A DNA stretch of 64,000 nucleotides from Actinomycetota bacterium (GCA_041192345.1 JBEEND010000003.1:1054-65053), one strand, 5' to 3'; shown: positions 8,198-18,387, counted from the first letter of the stretch. A program made the numbers and translations. The notes: generated from the sequence alone by a model not told the origin.

Positions 8198-8788
8198 TTG
8201 GTGCGCAACGCTGCTGAATTGATCGTGACCCCGCGACTGGACTTGCACCTAATCCCAATTCCTGAATTGTTGATGCTGCATGAAGATCCCGATAACCCTG
8301 GGCTTCTTGCTGATCGGGATTTCGCTAATCCCCACCTTGAGTTGTCACATGATCATTCAGGTCCACTGCGGTGGCGGGTGCCACAAGTCAAAGAAAACCC
8401 AGCAGCAAACATTTGGTTCATCCGCTGGATTGTTCTGCGCGAAACAAAAGAAATTGTCGGATCAATAAGTTTTCATGCACCGCCAGATGAATCCGGAATG
8501 ATTGAGATTGGATTTGGAATTTCTCAAGGCTGCCGTAATAACGGTTTTGGAACCGAAGCGCTGCTTGGTATGTGGAGTTGGGTAGTCGCCCAACCTGGTG
8601 TGAAAATACTGCGTTACACAGTTAGCGCAGGCAATCTGCCTTCGATGGCAATTATTTCTAAATTTGGTTTTTCTCACGTTGGTCAACAACTAGATGTTGA
8701 GGACGGACCGGAAGAAATCTTTGAAATGTCAGTTGCTGATTTTCAGCTAAGACTGAAAAACGGTTTCACCGCTGACAACCGTTCTTAG
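8198..8788 (+). CDS. GNAT family N-acetyltransferase (RimJ/RimL-like)
   Basis: 196 aa with an acetyl-CoA binding-type segment (GFGISQGCRNNGFGTEALLGMWSW). TTG start per the ORF track. The 3' end overlaps the convergent amidohydrolase gene by 42 nt. Confidence 0.75.
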   Translation: MVRNAAELIVTPRLDLHLIPIPELLMLHEDPDNPGLLADRDFANPHLELSHDHSGPLRWRVPQVKENPAANIWFIRWIVLRETKEIVGSISFHAPPDESGMIEIGFGISQGCRNNGFGTEALLGMWSWVVAQPGVKILRYTVSAGNLPSMAIISKFGFSHVGQQLDVEDGPEEIFEMSVADFQLRLKNGFTADNRS

Positions 8789-10345
8789 TACGGGCAGATC
8801 TATCACGTCATTTGGGTTCACTAGTGACGGATCTTCCTGCCACATAACTAAATCCGCTTGCATTCCTGGTTTCAACATTCCACGTTCATCCTGCGCGCCA
8901 ACAGCTAGCGCAGCATTTCGGGTGTAACCGCTCAGAGTTTCAGCTCCAGTTAACGCCCGGGTAGTTCCAATTGGTTCATCAAAAGAGACGTCATGTGCTC
9001 GCCGCTTTTGCGCAGCAAAGAATCCCATTCGAGGATCAAAGGGTGCAACTGGCCAGTCGGAACCAAGGACTACTAGCGCGCCAGTACTCATAATGTCGCC
9101 AGAGCGCCAGCCATGAGCACATTGCGTAGTGTCTAATCGCTGGGACCAGGGATCGCTTAAGTCATGTTCAATCCAGCGAACGTGCACTGGTTGCATTGAT
9201 GCTGTTACTTTCAGAGGTTTAAATCTGGAAATTGTGGCATCAGGTGAAGTCTCAATGTGTTCGATCCGGTGTCGGCCATTTGAACCACCCGGCAAAGATT
9301 CATAGACATCAAGAACTTCGCGAACTGCGCGATCTCCAATTGCGTGCGTTGCAATTCGAAATCCTGCATCATGAAACTGCCGAGCGCGCTGATGGTACAA
9401 CGAAAGTTCGGGCCACATCGGTTGCGTTCCCGCGCCTTGGGAATCTGGATGTTCCAGCCAGGCAGTTCCAGTGTCAATTACGCCATCGAGCATGAACTTC
9501 ACACCGTCAGCTTGCCAACGCAAACCTTTCAAATTACGAGTCTGCATCATTGCTTCGACTTCTTCAATTGGTGTGTAGGGGTAAATGAAGTGATGCAGCA
9601 GGACTCGCAACTTTAGTTGCGCCTGCTCTTCAAGATCGCGCATCACACTTACTGTGTCAACATTGCCATCCATTAAATGAACTTCAGTGATACCGAGTGC
9701 ATTTTGCTTTCCAATGGCTTCGGCGTACCACTTCAATCGCTCACTTCTTGTGGCAACGGGCACATGTGCCAAAACAATTTGCATGGCAGCCATTTCAAGT
9801 AGTTCACCAGTTGGCTTATCATCTTGATCAACAACAACGACTGAATTATCTGCAACTCGCATCGGACCCGTTACACCAGCGATCTTCAAAGCTTCGGCGT
9901 TGACCATTCCGGTATGGACATCAAGGGTGTACAAAAACATCGGACCATCCCCTGCCGCATCATCAAGGAGTGAATGGTGAAACGGGCCACCGATAGCTGA
10001 GTACTCCAAGGCAAAGCCCATAAGCCATTTACCTGGACCAATACGTTTGCGCTGCGCCGCTATAGCAGCGCGTAAATCTGAAAGATTTGAAATTCGATCA
10101 AGGTTTAATCCTTGGGCAAATTCTGCGCCATGAAATAAATGTTGATGACCATCGACAATTCCTGGAGTTACGCCAGCGCCATGTGCATCAACAACCTGCG
10201 TTGCGCCATCACAGGATTCGCGAACTTGATCCTCACTTCCAACGGCAACTACGTGGTTGCCCGACCAAGCAATCGCAGAGGCACTTGGTGCATCCGGATC
10301 CTGGGTGTTTATCTTGGCATTAAATATTGCGTGGTCGGCTGCCAT
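8747..10345 (-). CDS. Amidohydrolase-3 family metal-dependent hydrolase (YtcJ-like)
   Basis: 532 aa. Contains an N-terminal GIVDGHQHL metal motif and later H.IGD and GSDWPV motifs typical of the amidohydrolase_3 family. Confidence 0.8.
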   Translation of the reverse strand: MAADHAIFNAKINTQDPDAPSASAIAWSGNHVVAVGSEDQVRESCDGATQVVDAHGAGVTPGIVDGHQHLFHGAEFAQGLNLDRISNLSDLRAAIAAQRKRIGPGKWLMGFALEYSAIGGPFHHSLLDDAAGDGPMFLYTLDVHTGMVNAEALKIAGVTGPMRVADNSVVVVDQDDKPTGELLEMAAMQIVLAHVPVATRSERLKWYAEAIGKQNALGITEVHLMDGNVDTVSVMRDLEEQAQLKLRVLLHHFIYPYTPIEEVEAMMQTRNLKGLRWQADGVKFMLDGVIDTGTAWLEHPDSQGAGTQPMWPELSLYHQRARQFHDAGFRIATHAIGDRAVREVLDVYESLPGGSNGRHRIEHIETSPDATISRFKPLKVTASMQPVHVRWIEHDLSDPWSQRLDTTQCAHGWRSGDIMSTGALVVLGSDWPVAPFDPRMGFFAAQKRRAHDVSFDEPIGTTRALTGAETLSGYTRNAALAVGAQDERGMLKPGMQADLVMWQEDPSLVNPNDVIDLPVLRTVVSGETVFQS

Positions 10346-10408
10346 TAGTAACTCCTAAAAGTGAGACTAATCGCAACCTTAATAGAACAGCCCAGTAGAT
10401 TGGTGGCT

Positions 10409-11107
10409 ATGACTGTACATATTGGTGCCAATAAAGGCGACATAGCTGAAACAATTTTGCTTCCGGGCGATCCACTACGGGCAAAATGGGTTGCTGAGAA
10501 TATGTTGGAAAATGCTGTCCAATACAACGCAGTTCGCAACATGTTTGGCTACACCGGAACTTACAAAGGTAACCGCGTTTCAGTTCAGGGTACCGGGATG
10601 GGTATTCCTTCTATTTCTATCTATGTAACTGAGTTGTTCAAAGATTTTGATGTCCAAACTGCAATCCGCATTGGCACTTGCGGTGGTATTGGAAAAACCA
10701 AACTACGCGATGTGATCATTGGTATGGCGGCATCAACAGATTCAGGTATTAATCGCCGCGCCATGGGTGGCTTAGATTTTGCCCCGATCGCTAATTACGA
10801 ATTACTCACAGCTGCAGTTGAAGCGGCGAAAGCGCACGGGATTAGTTACCACGTTGGCGGTATTGCGTCGATGGATGTTTTTTATGACGATAGCAATGCC
10901 TTCGATGTGCTTGAAGCACATGGCGTGCTGGGTATCGAGATGGAAGCTAGTGGACTTTACACAATTGCAGCTCGTTATGGTCGACGTGCCTTAGCAATTT
11001 GCACAGTCAGTGACTTGATTCGCACTCACGAAAAAACTTCCGCTGAAGAGCGGGAAACTGGTTTCCAAGCAATGGTTGAAGTTGCGCTCGAGGCTGCGTT
11101 TGCTTAA
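10409..11107 (+). CDS. deoD: Purine nucleoside phosphorylase, DeoD type
   Basis: ORF 10361-11107 trimmed to the ATG at 10409. MTVHIGANKGDIAETILLPGDPLRAKW......RNMFGYTGTYKG..VSVQGTGMGIPS closely matches the DeoD N-terminus. Confidence 0.9.
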   Translation: MTVHIGANKGDIAETILLPGDPLRAKWVAENMLENAVQYNAVRNMFGYTGTYKGNRVSVQGTGMGIPSISIYVTELFKDFDVQTAIRIGTCGGIGKTKLRDVIIGMAASTDSGINRRAMGGLDFAPIANYELLTAAVEAAKAHGISYHVGGIASMDVFYDDSNAFDVLEAHGVLGIEMEASGLYTIAARYGRRALAICTVSDLIRTHEKTSAEERETGFQAMVEVALEAAFA

Positions 11108-11131
11108 GTAGCTTTTGCTCTTGGCGCACAT

Positions 11132-12016
11132 TTACTGATTTATAAAACTTTGGAATTCTTCCCGGGTGCCATTAAATACATTTAGGTCAGTTGAATTTGA
11201 CGGAACAGCGTCGATCTCGCCGTCAGCAGTGAATTGCCAAATTGTCCAATTGTTTTTCCAAATTCGATTTTCGCTTGGATCGGTTCCAAGCTCTGGACCC
11301 CACTTGGCTAACCACAATGGATAGCGCGCCAAATCCGATGCGCCTGCATCTTCTAATCTCGCGATGAAGCTGCCGTTGGCATAAACAATTGGAGTGCGGC
11401 CAGTAATTCTCTGTGCCTCTTCCAAGAAAGCACTTGTCCAAGTAGCAAGTCTGGTTATGGTCCAGCCACAAGGCAGCTCTTCGATATCCAGAGTCAAAGG
11501 CAAATCTCCAATCGGAGCGCCATTTGCTTGCGCAACAGCTCGCTTAGCTTGCAGTTTGGCATCTGTGATCGTATTGGGATCCATATTGCCGGGTAGCGCG
11601 TAGTGATAACCCCCGACAATTAGACCTTGCGCCTTGGCGGCGGCGCTATCAATTGGAAACCATTTCTTGGCATTGTCATTGCCGCGCACCCCGCCATCGG
11701 AGGATTTAATAATCACAAACGAAATATCGAAATCAGATTTGAGGCGAGCAAAATCTATCGGCTTGCCATTTGGGTGTTGCCAAACCGAGATGTCTATTCC
11801 CCTGATTTCTTGGGTGAATCCTTGTTCCTGCCAGGACCGCGCGTTTGGGATGTACTTTCCAGGGGCGCCCTTTGGATAGCTGCAGGAAAGATATTTATTT
11901 GCAACAGTGGCATTGGCAGCTGATGCTGGCCCGGCGAAGGCGCCCTGCCACGCCAAGGATGCTGGTAACGCACTCAGCAGGATTAATCCCACAAGTAACC
12001 AAATTCGCCGTGACAT
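11132..12016 (-). CDS. Secreted glycoside hydrolase family 25 lysozyme (muramidase)
   Basis: 294 aa with a signal peptide (LLVGLILLSALPASLAWQGAFA) and a GH25 core (GIDISVWQ...IDF..L......FVIIKSSDG ... DLNVF). Confidence 0.8.
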   Translation of the reverse strand: MSRRIWLLVGLILLSALPASLAWQGAFAGPASAANATVANKYLSCSYPKGAPGKYIPNARSWQEQGFTQEIRGIDISVWQHPNGKPIDFARLKSDFDISFVIIKSSDGGVRGNDNAKKWFPIDSAAAKAQGLIVGGYHYALPGNMDPNTITDAKLQAKRAVAQANGAPIGDLPLTLDIEELPCGWTITRLATWTSAFLEEAQRITGRTPIVYANGSFIARLEDAGASDLARYPLWLAKWGPELGTDPSENRIWKNNWTIWQFTADGEIDAVPSNSTDLNVFNGTREEFQSFINQ

Positions 12017-12045
12017 TCTTAAAGTTTACAATCTGTCATGGAATG

Positions 12046-12118
12046 CTCCCCCGATTGGACTCGAACCAATAACCACTCGATTAACAGTCGAGTGCTCTGC
12101 CAATTGAGCTACAGGGGA
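12046..12118 (-). tRNA. tRNA-Asn (anticodon GTT), 73 nt, CCA not encoded
   Basis: Hand-folded cloverleaf: acceptor TCCCCTG/CGGGGGA, D arm GCTC-AATTGGCA-GAGC, anticodon arm CTCGA-CTGTTAA-TCGAG, T arm ATTGG-TTCGAGT-CCAAT, discriminator G. Confidence 0.95.
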
Positions 12119-12164
12119 TTAACTGGTCAATCCTAACAAAATGAAGTCGCTGTGGCGAAACGAC

Positions 12165-12659
12165 CTAGATTCCAAAAATGGACTTAAGTTCGCTCATGGC
12201 CGCAGCAACATCTTTTGCACCTGCGGCGCTCTGAGTTGCAGCCAAATCGTCAACCACTGTGATCCATGTGACGTTTTTGCCATCACGCCTTGCCACAAAA
12301 CGGACGTTACCCGCATTCGGCAAGTTATACGCTTTATCAACTACGACAGTATGGGTTACCCGATCACGGACGGCGCTCGGTATTTTTCCGGGCTCTTCCA
12401 AAGTCCAGGTTTGCGTTGCAGACACTGACTGGCTATCTAGTTGAGTAACTAAAGTCAGCACCGGAGGCTCCCAACGAGCTTGCAGTGCAATGGACCAAGG
12501 AATCAGGGTTGGAAGCGACTCCCCCGTAACAATTAAATTCTTATCGGTAACAGCAATCAATCCGCCTTGATACGCAGCCCATGCAAGGATTCGATCTGAT
12601 TTGGGGATAGCTGCTAATAACTCAACTGGAATTTGTGAATTCCTTGCGAGCCGGCTCAT
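12165..12659 (-). CDS. Hypothetical protein (164 aa) translationally coupled to dnaG
   Basis: Its ATG overlaps the dnaG stop (TAATG at 12657-12661). No motif recognised. The mostly beta-like, soluble-looking sequence could be a PH-like fold, but that is a guess. Confidence 0.55.
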   Translation of the reverse strand: MSRLARNSQIPVELLAAIPKSDRILAWAAYQGGLIAVTDKNLIVTGESLPTLIPWSIALQARWEPPVLTLVTQLDSQSVSATQTWTLEEPGKIPSAVRDRVTHTVVVDKAYNLPNAGNVRFVARRDGKNVTWITVVDDLAATQSAAGAKDVAAAMSELKSIFGI

Positions 12660-14491
12660 TAACTATCACCCACGGCAAAGTTACGCATATCTCGGCGATA
12701 ACTTTCAAGTGAAAGCAAGTCCCCTAATAAACGCGCTTTATCCGCATCATCAGTTCCGTCTTCCGCCCTGCTTAGTGCGGCCTTTATCTCAGCAACTCGT
12801 CGCGCTGCATCCATTTCCAAAATTCTTGCTAAAACTGCTTGCACGTATCTTTCATCTGGATCATCATTTGGCAACGGCTCAACAGCCATTGCCCTGATGT
12901 GTGAGCGAGTTTCCTCATCTGGTGCTTGTTCCAAAACTTTAGTGATCCAAGTTTGCGCTGAATCAAATTCCAAGGGATTGCCTGCTTGCACGCAGGACGA
13001 GTAAACAGCAGAGGCAGCTGGGAATAGAAAAACACTTGGCTCAAGTGACTCAAACCAGTTCCCAACTAAATGCGGAGTTTGCAAAACGCACTTTAGTGCC
13101 TCGCGCTCGACGTGCGCAGCTTGCGAGGATGCAACTGCTTGTGGCCTTGTCTGTGTGGGAGCTGACTTTTTTCCCGCAGCATTCATCTCGTTGCGAATGG
13201 TGGCATCGTCCATACCCAGCCACCCTGCCACCATTCGAATGTATTGCGGACGCAGTGCAGTGTCCTTAATGCCCGCAAGTATTGGCGCAACTGCGCGCAT
13301 GCTGGCAACTCTTCCTTCGGCAGTGTTTAAGTCAAACTCTTCCACCGTTGAACGCATTACAAATTCAAACAACGGAATCTTTGCTGCAACTAATGCCTTG
13401 ACAGCTTCATCACCTTGCTTCAATCGCAAATCACATGGGTCTAAACCGCCCGGTTCAATTGCCACGAAAGTTGAAGCCACAAACTTTTGATCTTCGCCAA
13501 ATGCCTTCAGTGCTGCTTTACGACCAGCGGCATCACCATCGAAAGTAAATACCACCTCAGCATGGTTAGTGTCATCATCCATCAAAATTCGGCGCAGCAT
13601 TTTTACGTGATCTGGGCCAAACGCCGTTCCACAGGTTGCTACCGCAGTAGTTATTCCAGCTAAGTGGCAGGCCATCACATCGGTGTAACCCTCGACAACA
13701 ACAGCTTGCTGTTGTTTTGCCATATCGCGCCGAGCTAAGTCAATGCCATATAGGACTTGGGATTTGCGATAAATCGGAGTCTCCGGGGTATTTAAATATT
13801 TTGGACCTTGATCAGCCTCAGATAACTTTCGAGCGCCAAAGCCAATAGTGTCACCGCTGGAGTCGCGAATAGGCCACATCACCCGATCGCGGAACCTGTC
13901 ATAAGCGCCACGTTGTCCAGCGACTGCAAGTCCGGCAGCGATCATCTCTTCTTCAGAGAAGCCCTTGCCGCGAAGTTCATTACGAAGACCATCCCAACCT
14001 GCGGGCGAGTAACCGACTCCAAAGTGGTCCCACGATGCTTGATCGAAACCACGCTCCGTTAAGAAGTTACGGGCATGCTGCGCATCGGGAGTCAGGAGCT
14101 GCGCGCGATAAAACACACCCGCCACTTTATGGGCTTCGATTAAACGTGCTCGTTGGCTTTGTTGGCCAGCAGATGATCCGCCACCTTCTTCGTAACGCAA
14201 AATGATGCCGTACTTGCCGGCAAGTTTTTCAACAGCCTCAGTAAAAGTCAGAGCATCGATTTTACGAACAAAGGTAATTACGTCGCCACCCTCACCACAG
14301 GAAAAACAGTGGTAAAGCCCCTTGCTTGGCGTCACGTGAAATGATGGCGTCCGTTCATCATGAAACGGACATAATCCCTTGTAGCTACCGCCACCAGCGG
14401 CCTTTAGCGTTACAGTTTCCCGAACGATCTCATCAATGCGGGAGCGCTCTCGAACGCTAACTACGTCCTCTTCGCGAATTTTCCCTGCCAC
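12659..14491 (-). CDS. dnaG: DNA primase
   Basis: 610 aa. Zinc ribbon CPFHDERTPSFHV....LYHCFSCGEGGD, TOPRIM region (VVVEGYTDVMA ... FDGDAAG), C-terminal DnaB-binding region. Confidence 0.95.
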   Translation of the reverse strand: MAGKIREEDVVSVRERSRIDEIVRETVTLKAAGGGSYKGLCPFHDERTPSFHVTPSKGLYHCFSCGEGGDVITFVRKIDALTFTEAVEKLAGKYGIILRYEEGGGSSAGQQSQRARLIEAHKVAGVFYRAQLLTPDAQHARNFLTERGFDQASWDHFGVGYSPAGWDGLRNELRGKGFSEEEMIAAGLAVAGQRGAYDRFRDRVMWPIRDSSGDTIGFGARKLSEADQGPKYLNTPETPIYRKSQVLYGIDLARRDMAKQQQAVVVEGYTDVMACHLAGITTAVATCGTAFGPDHVKMLRRILMDDDTNHAEVVFTFDGDAAGRKAALKAFGEDQKFVASTFVAIEPGGLDPCDLRLKQGDEAVKALVAAKIPLFEFVMRSTVEEFDLNTAEGRVASMRAVAPILAGIKDTALRPQYIRMVAGWLGMDDATIRNEMNAAGKKSAPTQTRPQAVASSQAAHVEREALKCVLQTPHLVGNWFESLEPSVFLFPAASAVYSSCVQAGNPLEFDSAQTWITKVLEQAPDEETRSHIRAMAVEPLPNDDPDERYVQAVLARILEMDAARRVAEIKAALSRAEDGTDDADKARLLGDLLSLESYRRDMRNFAVGDS

Positions 14492-14501
14492 AGGGCCTAC
14501 T

Positions 14502-15740
14502 TTACGGGTTCAATCTGGTGTGCCACTGCACAAGGCTGACGTCTGTGAGCGCAGCCACCTGGTCGATCACAACGCGGGCTTTAGCCTCGGGAGATTTTGC
14601 GTTGACCCATAATTCTGCGTGGAAACGATCCAGCCCAGCCATGGGGTCTAGGGAAAGCACGCCAACTAAATCATGGATTTGTTGGCGCTGCCTGGCATAC
14701 ATCTGATCTGCGCCATCGCGATTCATTACATATCTCGCAGCTAATGCTTTAAGCGCAGTTACTTCGTACCGAGCATCACCCGGGACTACCAAGTTCGCAG
14801 CGTAACGAGTTAATGGAGCGGTACCAAAAGTTGCTTGCGTGGCTTTTTGCGCCGCAATGCAAAATCGCCCTATCAAAGTGCTGGTTAAGTTTTTTAATGC
14901 AGCTAAAGAGTTCATGGTCCCATCAAAGGATGCTGGCCAGCTCGGGAGCGAGCTGATTCGAATTAATGCCGCATCAAGCTGATCACTTTCAAACTCGATG
15001 CCATACCAACTCTGGGCAACTTCAACAATTTCACTTCGCCCAGTTTTGGACTTGAGGATGTCAATGTTTACGTGGCCAGCGAAAACAGCATCTTCGACAT
15101 CATGCACGCAATAAGAAACGTCATCAGACCAATCCATAACTTGGGCTTCAAAACAGGTAGCGTCATCAGTCCGGTCATTTCTCACCCAATGAAAGACATC
15201 AGCGTCATCGTCATACACACCAAATTTCACTTGTCCCTCACGTTTAGTCCAGGGATATTTTGAAGCTGCATCAAGTGCCGCGCGCGTCAGGTTTAACCCA
15301 ATTGATTGGCCGACGCGCGGACCATTAGAGCTGTCGAAAGCTTTAGGTTCTAACCGAGTTAATAATCGAAATGATTGTGCGTTTCCTTCAAAGCCACCGA
15401 TGTCTTTTGCCAATTCATTTAGCGCAGTTTCGCCGTTGTGACCAAATGGTGGATGACCTAAGTCGTGGGATAAACAAGCGGTGTCGACTAAGTCTGGATC
15501 GCAGCCAAGCGCTGCGCCAAGCTCTCTACCAACTTGCGCCACTTCGAGTGAATGCGTTAACCGAGTGCGCGGGAAATCTTCTTGCCCAGCTTCCATGACT
15601 TGCGTCTTAACACCCAGCCGGCGCAGCGCAGAACTGTGCATTACGCGAGCGCGGTCGCGCGCAAATTCGGTGCGCTCCACACTCTTATTTGGCTCATTAA
15701 CCCATCGCTGGGTATCCGTGGGTAAGTATTCGCCCAACAT
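14502..15740 (-). CDS. dgt: dGTP triphosphohydrolase-like HD-domain protein
   Basis: 412 aa. FARDRARVMHSSALRRL..KTQV, HD motif (RLTHSLEVAQVGR...CLSHDLGHPPFGH), conserved position after dnaG. Confidence 0.9.
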   Translation of the reverse strand: MLGEYLPTDTQRWVNEPNKSVERTEFARDRARVMHSSALRRLGVKTQVMEAGQEDFPRTRLTHSLEVAQVGRELGAALGCDPDLVDTACLSHDLGHPPFGHNGETALNELAKDIGGFEGNAQSFRLLTRLEPKAFDSSNGPRVGQSIGLNLTRAALDAASKYPWTKREGQVKFGVYDDDADVFHWVRNDRTDDATCFEAQVMDWSDDVSYCVHDVEDAVFAGHVNIDILKSKTGRSEIVEVAQSWYGIEFESDQLDAALIRISSLPSWPASFDGTMNSLAALKNLTSTLIGRFCIAAQKATQATFGTAPLTRYAANLVVPGDARYEVTALKALAARYVMNRDGADQMYARQRQQIHDLVGVLSLDPMAGLDRFHAELWVNAKSPEAKARVVIDQVAALTDVSLVQWHTRLNP

Positions 15741-16907
15741 TTAGCCACCACTTACTAGAAGCTCAGCTTCACGTACAGTTTCTTTTTCAGCGCTAGAAAT
15801 AAATTGTGAATTCAACCAACCATCAGGCAGATTTACTTTTCGATCTGGGGTGGTGCGCCCGCGTGGTGACTTTGCAAGTTCCTCATCAAGGATTTGATCA
15901 GGGTCAATGTTTGCCAGCAGCAATTCCAATTGCGCCAAACTAGAAATCAAGGACAGCGCTCCCCTAGTTTCGCTGCCGGCAATCACGCCCTTTAAGTACC
16001 AGGCCATGTGCTTGCGCATTTCTTGGCAACCGCGGAACTCATCGCCATGCATTTCAACTAATAACTGCGCATGTCGACGCATCAAATTTAGAATCACACC
16101 CGAGTTGGGCTCAGCTGGTACCACTTCACCTGCAAAGGAGGCTCGGATTTGCCCAAATAACCACGGCCGGCCCAGACAACCTCGACCAATTACTACCCCG
16201 CGCGCACCTGTTTGATCTAACATTCGCTGGGCATCTTGCGCGCACCAGATGTCGCCATTACCAAGCACGGGAGTGTTTGGAATATGTTCTACCAGCCGAG
16301 CTATCGCGTTCCAATCAGCTTTACCGCCGTAATACTGCGCAGCGGTGCGACCGTGTAATGCAACCCAAGTTACCCCGGCCTGCGAAGCGATTCGCCCAGC
16401 ATCTAAATATGTGATGTGGTCTTGGTCTATCCCAATTCGCATTTTTACTGTTACTGGAAGTTTGCCTTGGGCATTGGAAACAGCAGAGTTCACGATGCTG
16501 GCAAACAAGTCGCGCTTCCAAGGAAGTGCGCTACCGCCGCCTTTGCGAGTGACTTTTGGAACAGGGCAACCAAAATTTAGATCAATGTGGTCTGCCATAT
16601 CTTCATCCACAAGCATTCGCACTGCAGCGCCCACTACATCTGGGTCAACTCCATAAAGTTGTGCGCTTCGGACTTTTTCATCTCCATCAAAAGTCACTAA
16701 ATCTAAAGTTTCAGGGTGTCGTAACAGAAGAGCTTGCGAAGTTGTCATCTCTGCAACATAAACCGTATTGTCTTGGTCAGTTTGGCCAAGTGAATTTCGA
16801 ATGTCAGTGGATGCTTCGCGACACACTCTTCGAAATGCGCGATTAGTTACCCCCGCCATCGGAGCAAGTTCGATGACTGGATCAGTCGCTAACAGATCTG
16901 CATACAT
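15741..16907 (-). CDS. dus: tRNA-dihydrouridine synthase
   Basis: 388 aa. LAPMAGVTN.AFR, DLNFGCP....TRKGGGSAL and HGRTA.Q.Y.G.ADW motifs. The stop abuts the dgt start. Confidence 0.9.
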   Translation of the reverse strand: MYADLLATDPVIELAPMAGVTNRAFRRVCREASTDIRNSLGQTDQDNTVYVAEMTTSQALLLRHPETLDLVTFDGDEKVRSAQLYGVDPDVVGAAVRMLVDEDMADHIDLNFGCPVPKVTRKGGGSALPWKRDLFASIVNSAVSNAQGKLPVTVKMRIGIDQDHITYLDAGRIASQAGVTWVALHGRTAAQYYGGKADWNAIARLVEHIPNTPVLGNGDIWCAQDAQRMLDQTGARGVVIGRGCLGRPWLFGQIRASFAGEVVPAEPNSGVILNLMRRHAQLLVEMHGDEFRGCQEMRKHMAWYLKGVIAGSETRGALSLISSLAQLELLLANIDPDQILDEELAKSPRGRTTPDRKVNLPDGWLNSQFISSAEKETVREAELLVSGG

Positions 16908-18295
16908 CAGCAGCCTACGAGGCGTTGACCTAACCAGGAAACAACAGAATCCAAGCCCACTCGCTCTTGCTCCATAGTGTCGCGATCGCGAATCGTAACT
17001 GCATTGTCCTCGAGAGTCTCAAAGTCAACTGTGATGCAGTAAGGCGTACCTATTTCATCCTGGCGACGATAGCGACGTCCAATTGCGCCAGCGTCATCGA
17101 ATTCGATGTTCCAGTTTTTGCGAAGTTCGGTTGCTAAGTCACGAGCTTTTGGACTTAAATCAGCGTTGCGTGAAAGCGGCAAAATTGCAGCTTTCACTGG
17201 TGCTAGGCGCTTATCAAAACGCATGACAACACGTTTATCAACGCCACCCTTGGTATTAGGTGCTTCATCTTCGTCATAAGCCTCAAGCATGAATGCCAAA
17301 ACTGCTCGGGTTAATCCAGCAGCTGGCTCAATTACATAAGGCACATATTTTTCGCCAGTTTCCTGATCAAAGAATGATAAATCTTTGCCCGAAGCTTCCA
17401 TGTGAGCTTTCAGATCAAAGTCGGTACGATTTGCAATACCTTCAAGCTCGGCAAATTCGCTGCCACCAAACTGAAAACGATATTCGATGTCAGTAGTGCG
17501 CTTGGAGTAGTGCGAAAGTTTTTCTTTTGGATGTTCAAAGCGGCGAAGATTCTCTTTTGATAACCCAAGATCTAGATACCAATTCCAGCGCTCTTCAAGC
17601 CAATATTCGTGCCACTGTTCATCCGTACCAGGTGGGACAAAGAATTCCATTTCCATCTGTTCAAATTCTCGAGTGCGGAAAATGAAGTTACCAGGGGTTA
17701 TTTCATTTCGGAATGACTTTCCGGTCTGACCAATTCCAAAAGGTGGTTTCTTGCGCGAGGAAGCCGCGACGTTTGCATAGTTTGTGAAAATACCTTGCGC
17801 AGTTTCAGGACGTAGGTAATGCAATGAGTTTTCATCAATGACAGGTCCAAGATTTGTGGACAACATGCCATTGAACATTTTTGGTTCGGTGAATTCACCT
17901 TTGGTTCCACAATTTGGGCACGGCACACCGGCAAGCCCGCCTTCGGGTGGGCGGCCTTTACGTTCTTGGAATTCTTCAAGTAAATGATCTTCGCGGAATC
18001 TCTTGTGACATGAAGTGCACTCAGTCAACGGATCGGTAAATGTTGCTAAGTGACCTGAAGCTGCCCAAACTTGTGGCGCCAGGATGACTGCAGAATCAAG
18101 TCCAACTACATCTTCGCGGGACTGAACTACCGCTTTCCACCATTGCCGGCGAACATTCTCTTTTAACTCGACACCAAGGGGTCCGTAATCCCACGCAGAG
18201 CGGGAACCACCATAAATTTCGCTACTGGGAAATACAAATCCCCGACGTTTGGACAGATTTACTACAGCGTCTACGCGATCCATGAAACTCAACAT
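16907..18295 (-). CDS. glyQS: Glycine--tRNA ligase (alpha2 homodimeric type)
   Basis: 462 aa. [15 protein letters not shown]....[11 protein letters not shown], class II motifs ([25 protein letters not shown]), C-terminal anticodon-binding domain. Confidence 0.95.
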   Translation of the reverse strand: MLSFMDRVDAVVNLSKRRGFVFPSSEIYGGSRSAWDYGPLGVELKENVRRQWWKAVVQSREDVVGLDSAVILAPQVWAASGHLATFTDPLTECTSCHKRFREDHLLEEFQERKGRPPEGGLAGVPCPNCGTKGEFTEPKMFNGMLSTNLGPVIDENSLHYLRPETAQGIFTNYANVAASSRKKPPFGIGQTGKSFRNEITPGNFIFRTREFEQMEMEFFVPPGTDEQWHEYWLEERWNWYLDLGLSKENLRRFEHPKEKLSHYSKRTTDIEYRFQFGGSEFAELEGIANRTDFDLKAHMEASGKDLSFFDQETGEKYVPYVIEPAAGLTRAVLAFMLEAYDEDEAPNTKGGVDKRVVMRFDKRLAPVKAAILPLSRNADLSPKARDLATELRKNWNIEFDDAGAIGRRYRRQDEIGTPYCITVDFETLEDNAVTIRDRDTMEQERVGLDSVVSWLGQRLVGC

Positions 18296-18387
18296 CCGAT
18301 TAGGTCATCCGACTGGTTGCCGGTGAACGTGAAACCCCATTCTATCGAGGAATTACGGCTTCTTTACTGCAGGTTAATTAAATGCCG

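Noticed and set aside
11132-12118. GH25 lysozyme next to tRNA-Asn as a prophage endolysin remnant
   Set aside because: The protein has a classical cleavable signal peptide. It stands alone, with no holin, integrase, or capsid or tail genes, and no att-like repeat. It is more consistent with a secreted cell-wall hydrolase.
18296-18387. T-box leader upstream of glyS (and similarly upstream of leuS at 42123-42150)
   Set aside because: The spacers are about 92 nt and 28 nt, far too short for a T-box of roughly 200 nt or more, and no T-box sequence or terminator/antiterminator pair is visible.
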